Below are positions 63,378-64,000 of a stretch of 64,000 nucleotides of DNA, piece after piece. The translations under genes were made by a program, and so were the position numbers. Origin of the DNA: Magnetococcales bacterium DC0425bin3. GTDB taxonomy: Bacteria > Pseudomonadota > Magnetococcia > Magnetococcales > DC0425bin3. Each line of letters opens with the position of its first letter. Position 1 is the stretch's first letter. Location of the stretch: NCBI GenBank assembly GCA_002753665.1, contig PEAP01000007.1, forward strand, positions 529 to 64,528. The letters are read 5' to 3'. The notes beneath the pieces are model-generated. The model saw nothing but the letters and a program-made list of their open reading frames with translations. It did no database searches and had not been told where the DNA came from.

Positions 63378-64000
63378 TGCCCGCCCCGATGGATGCGACA
63401 GGCAGCGGTCTCGCGGTCGCGGTGGCGGGAGCCCGGGGCGAGGTCCTGGACTGGTCCCGGGTACGGCTACGTCCTCTGCCCCAAGGGTGGATCCTGCTGG
63501 GGGTGGCTGGGTTGCTGTTGACGGGATTCTTCCATCTCAATCTCAATCCGGGACTGTTTTTGATCTTCTGGATACTGGGGGCGTTGTTCGTGGCGGCGTT
63601 TCACACCTGGCGCTCCGTGCGGGGGGTGCGGGTCCGGGTGAGCCGGGCGGCCCCGGTCTTCGCCGGGCAGACGGCCCGCTTTCCGGTGGAACTGGACAAC
63701 GGGGAAAGCCGTTGGCCCCGGTTCGGGCTGGGGGTGGCCGCAGAGCTTGGGGCAGGGACGGACGGCGCGGAGATGGTGGTGGATCTGCAACCGGGAGAGC
63801 GGCGTTCGGTGATGGTGGTCTTGCCGGCCCGGACCCGGGGCTGGCTGGGGTTGGGGCGCCTGGTGGTGGGGAGCTGTCATCCTCTGGGATTGATGCAGGC
63901 CCGGGGAATGCTGACGTCCCGGGCGGTCTGTCTGGTTTATCCGCGGCCGGAACCCGAAGGCCCGCCGCCTCCGCCACCGGCGCGGGGCGGGGGGGAAGAA
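63377..64000 (+). CDS. DUF58-family protein (3' end beyond window)
   Basis: My own translation from the ATG overlapping the moxR TGA: MPAPMDATG...two TM helices (WILLGVAGLLLTGFF, LFLIFWILGALFVAAF)...SCHPLGLMQARG..VCLVYPRP. This is the usual MoxR partner. It is absent from the ORF track because no stop lies within the window. Confidence 0.7.
   Translation, partial: MPAPMDATGSGLAVAVAGARGEVLDWSRVRLRPLPQGWILLGVAGLLLTGFFHLNLNPGLFLIFWILGALFVAAFHTWRSVRGVRVRVSRAAPVFAGQTARFPVELDNGESRWPRFGLGVAAELGAGTDGAEMVVDLQPGERRSVMVVLPARTRGWLGLGRLVVGSCHPLGLMQARGMLTSRAVCLVYPRPEPEGPPPPPPARGGGEE

Noticed and set aside
1-64000. Search by eye for tRNA, rRNA or tmRNA genes, integrases or transposases, toxin-antitoxin pairs, restriction or defence systems, and prophage genes.
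   Set aside because: None was recognised. The intergenic regions are short outside the flagellin array, and all sizeable ORFs have housekeeping or flagellar assignments. A tRNAscan, Infernal or defence-finder run would be needed to exclude small RNA genes formally.

Overview
This is a 64-kb chromosomal window from a GC-rich, flagellated, Gram-negative-type bacterium. I cannot assign a taxon by eye. All calls come from reading the six-frame translations and the DNA directly; no searches were run.

The first ~36 kb holds tightly packed housekeeping operons:
- trxA, yggU-yggT-proC-yggS, hslVU and bpt
- a biotin cluster, bioF-bioH-like-bioC-bioB-(lipoprotein)-bioD-bioA
- fliQ-fliR-flhB, recX-alaS, hemW-rph
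- an isolated dsrC-dsrM-dsrK module facing a [2Fe-2S] ferredoxin
- an M14 peptidase with dapC-dapD-dapE, an M15 peptidase with folK, panB-panC-panD, and a TPR protein convergent with a BepA-like protease

From ~36.4 kb the window is a late-flagellar locus:
- fliJ and a MotE-like gene
- seven short flagellin paralogs (272-274 aa); six lie head to tail at 37.9-46.1 kb and the seventh is at 51.35 kb
- suhB on the opposite strand
- flgK-flgL-fliW, the seventh flagellin, flaG-fliD, two tandem fliS genes and a FliT-like ORF

The window ends with trkH-trkA, hslR, an NhaD-like transporter, a TPR/PMT-like membrane protein and moxR-DUF58.

Points worth a second look:
1. The spacers between flagellin genes are non-coding, 0.3-1.3 kb long and purine-skewed. 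They are unusually dense in GGA/CAGGGA motifs, many sitting in hairpin loops. Together with fliW, this suggests CsrA-binding or sponge-like RNA embedded in the flagellin array.
2. A conserved ~50-nt box (hairpin, then TTTAAAACGAAC, then CAGGGA) precedes five flagellins. Three degenerate copies also exist, two of them orphan.
3. The flagellins are mosaic, consistent with gene conversion, and one paralog is strongly divergent.
4. A two-module REP/BIME-like repeat family occupies at least 8 intergenic sites.
5. bioH-like and folK both lack a canonical start codon and abut the upstream stop codon.

No rRNA, tRNA, CRISPR array, transposase or prophage gene was recognised.
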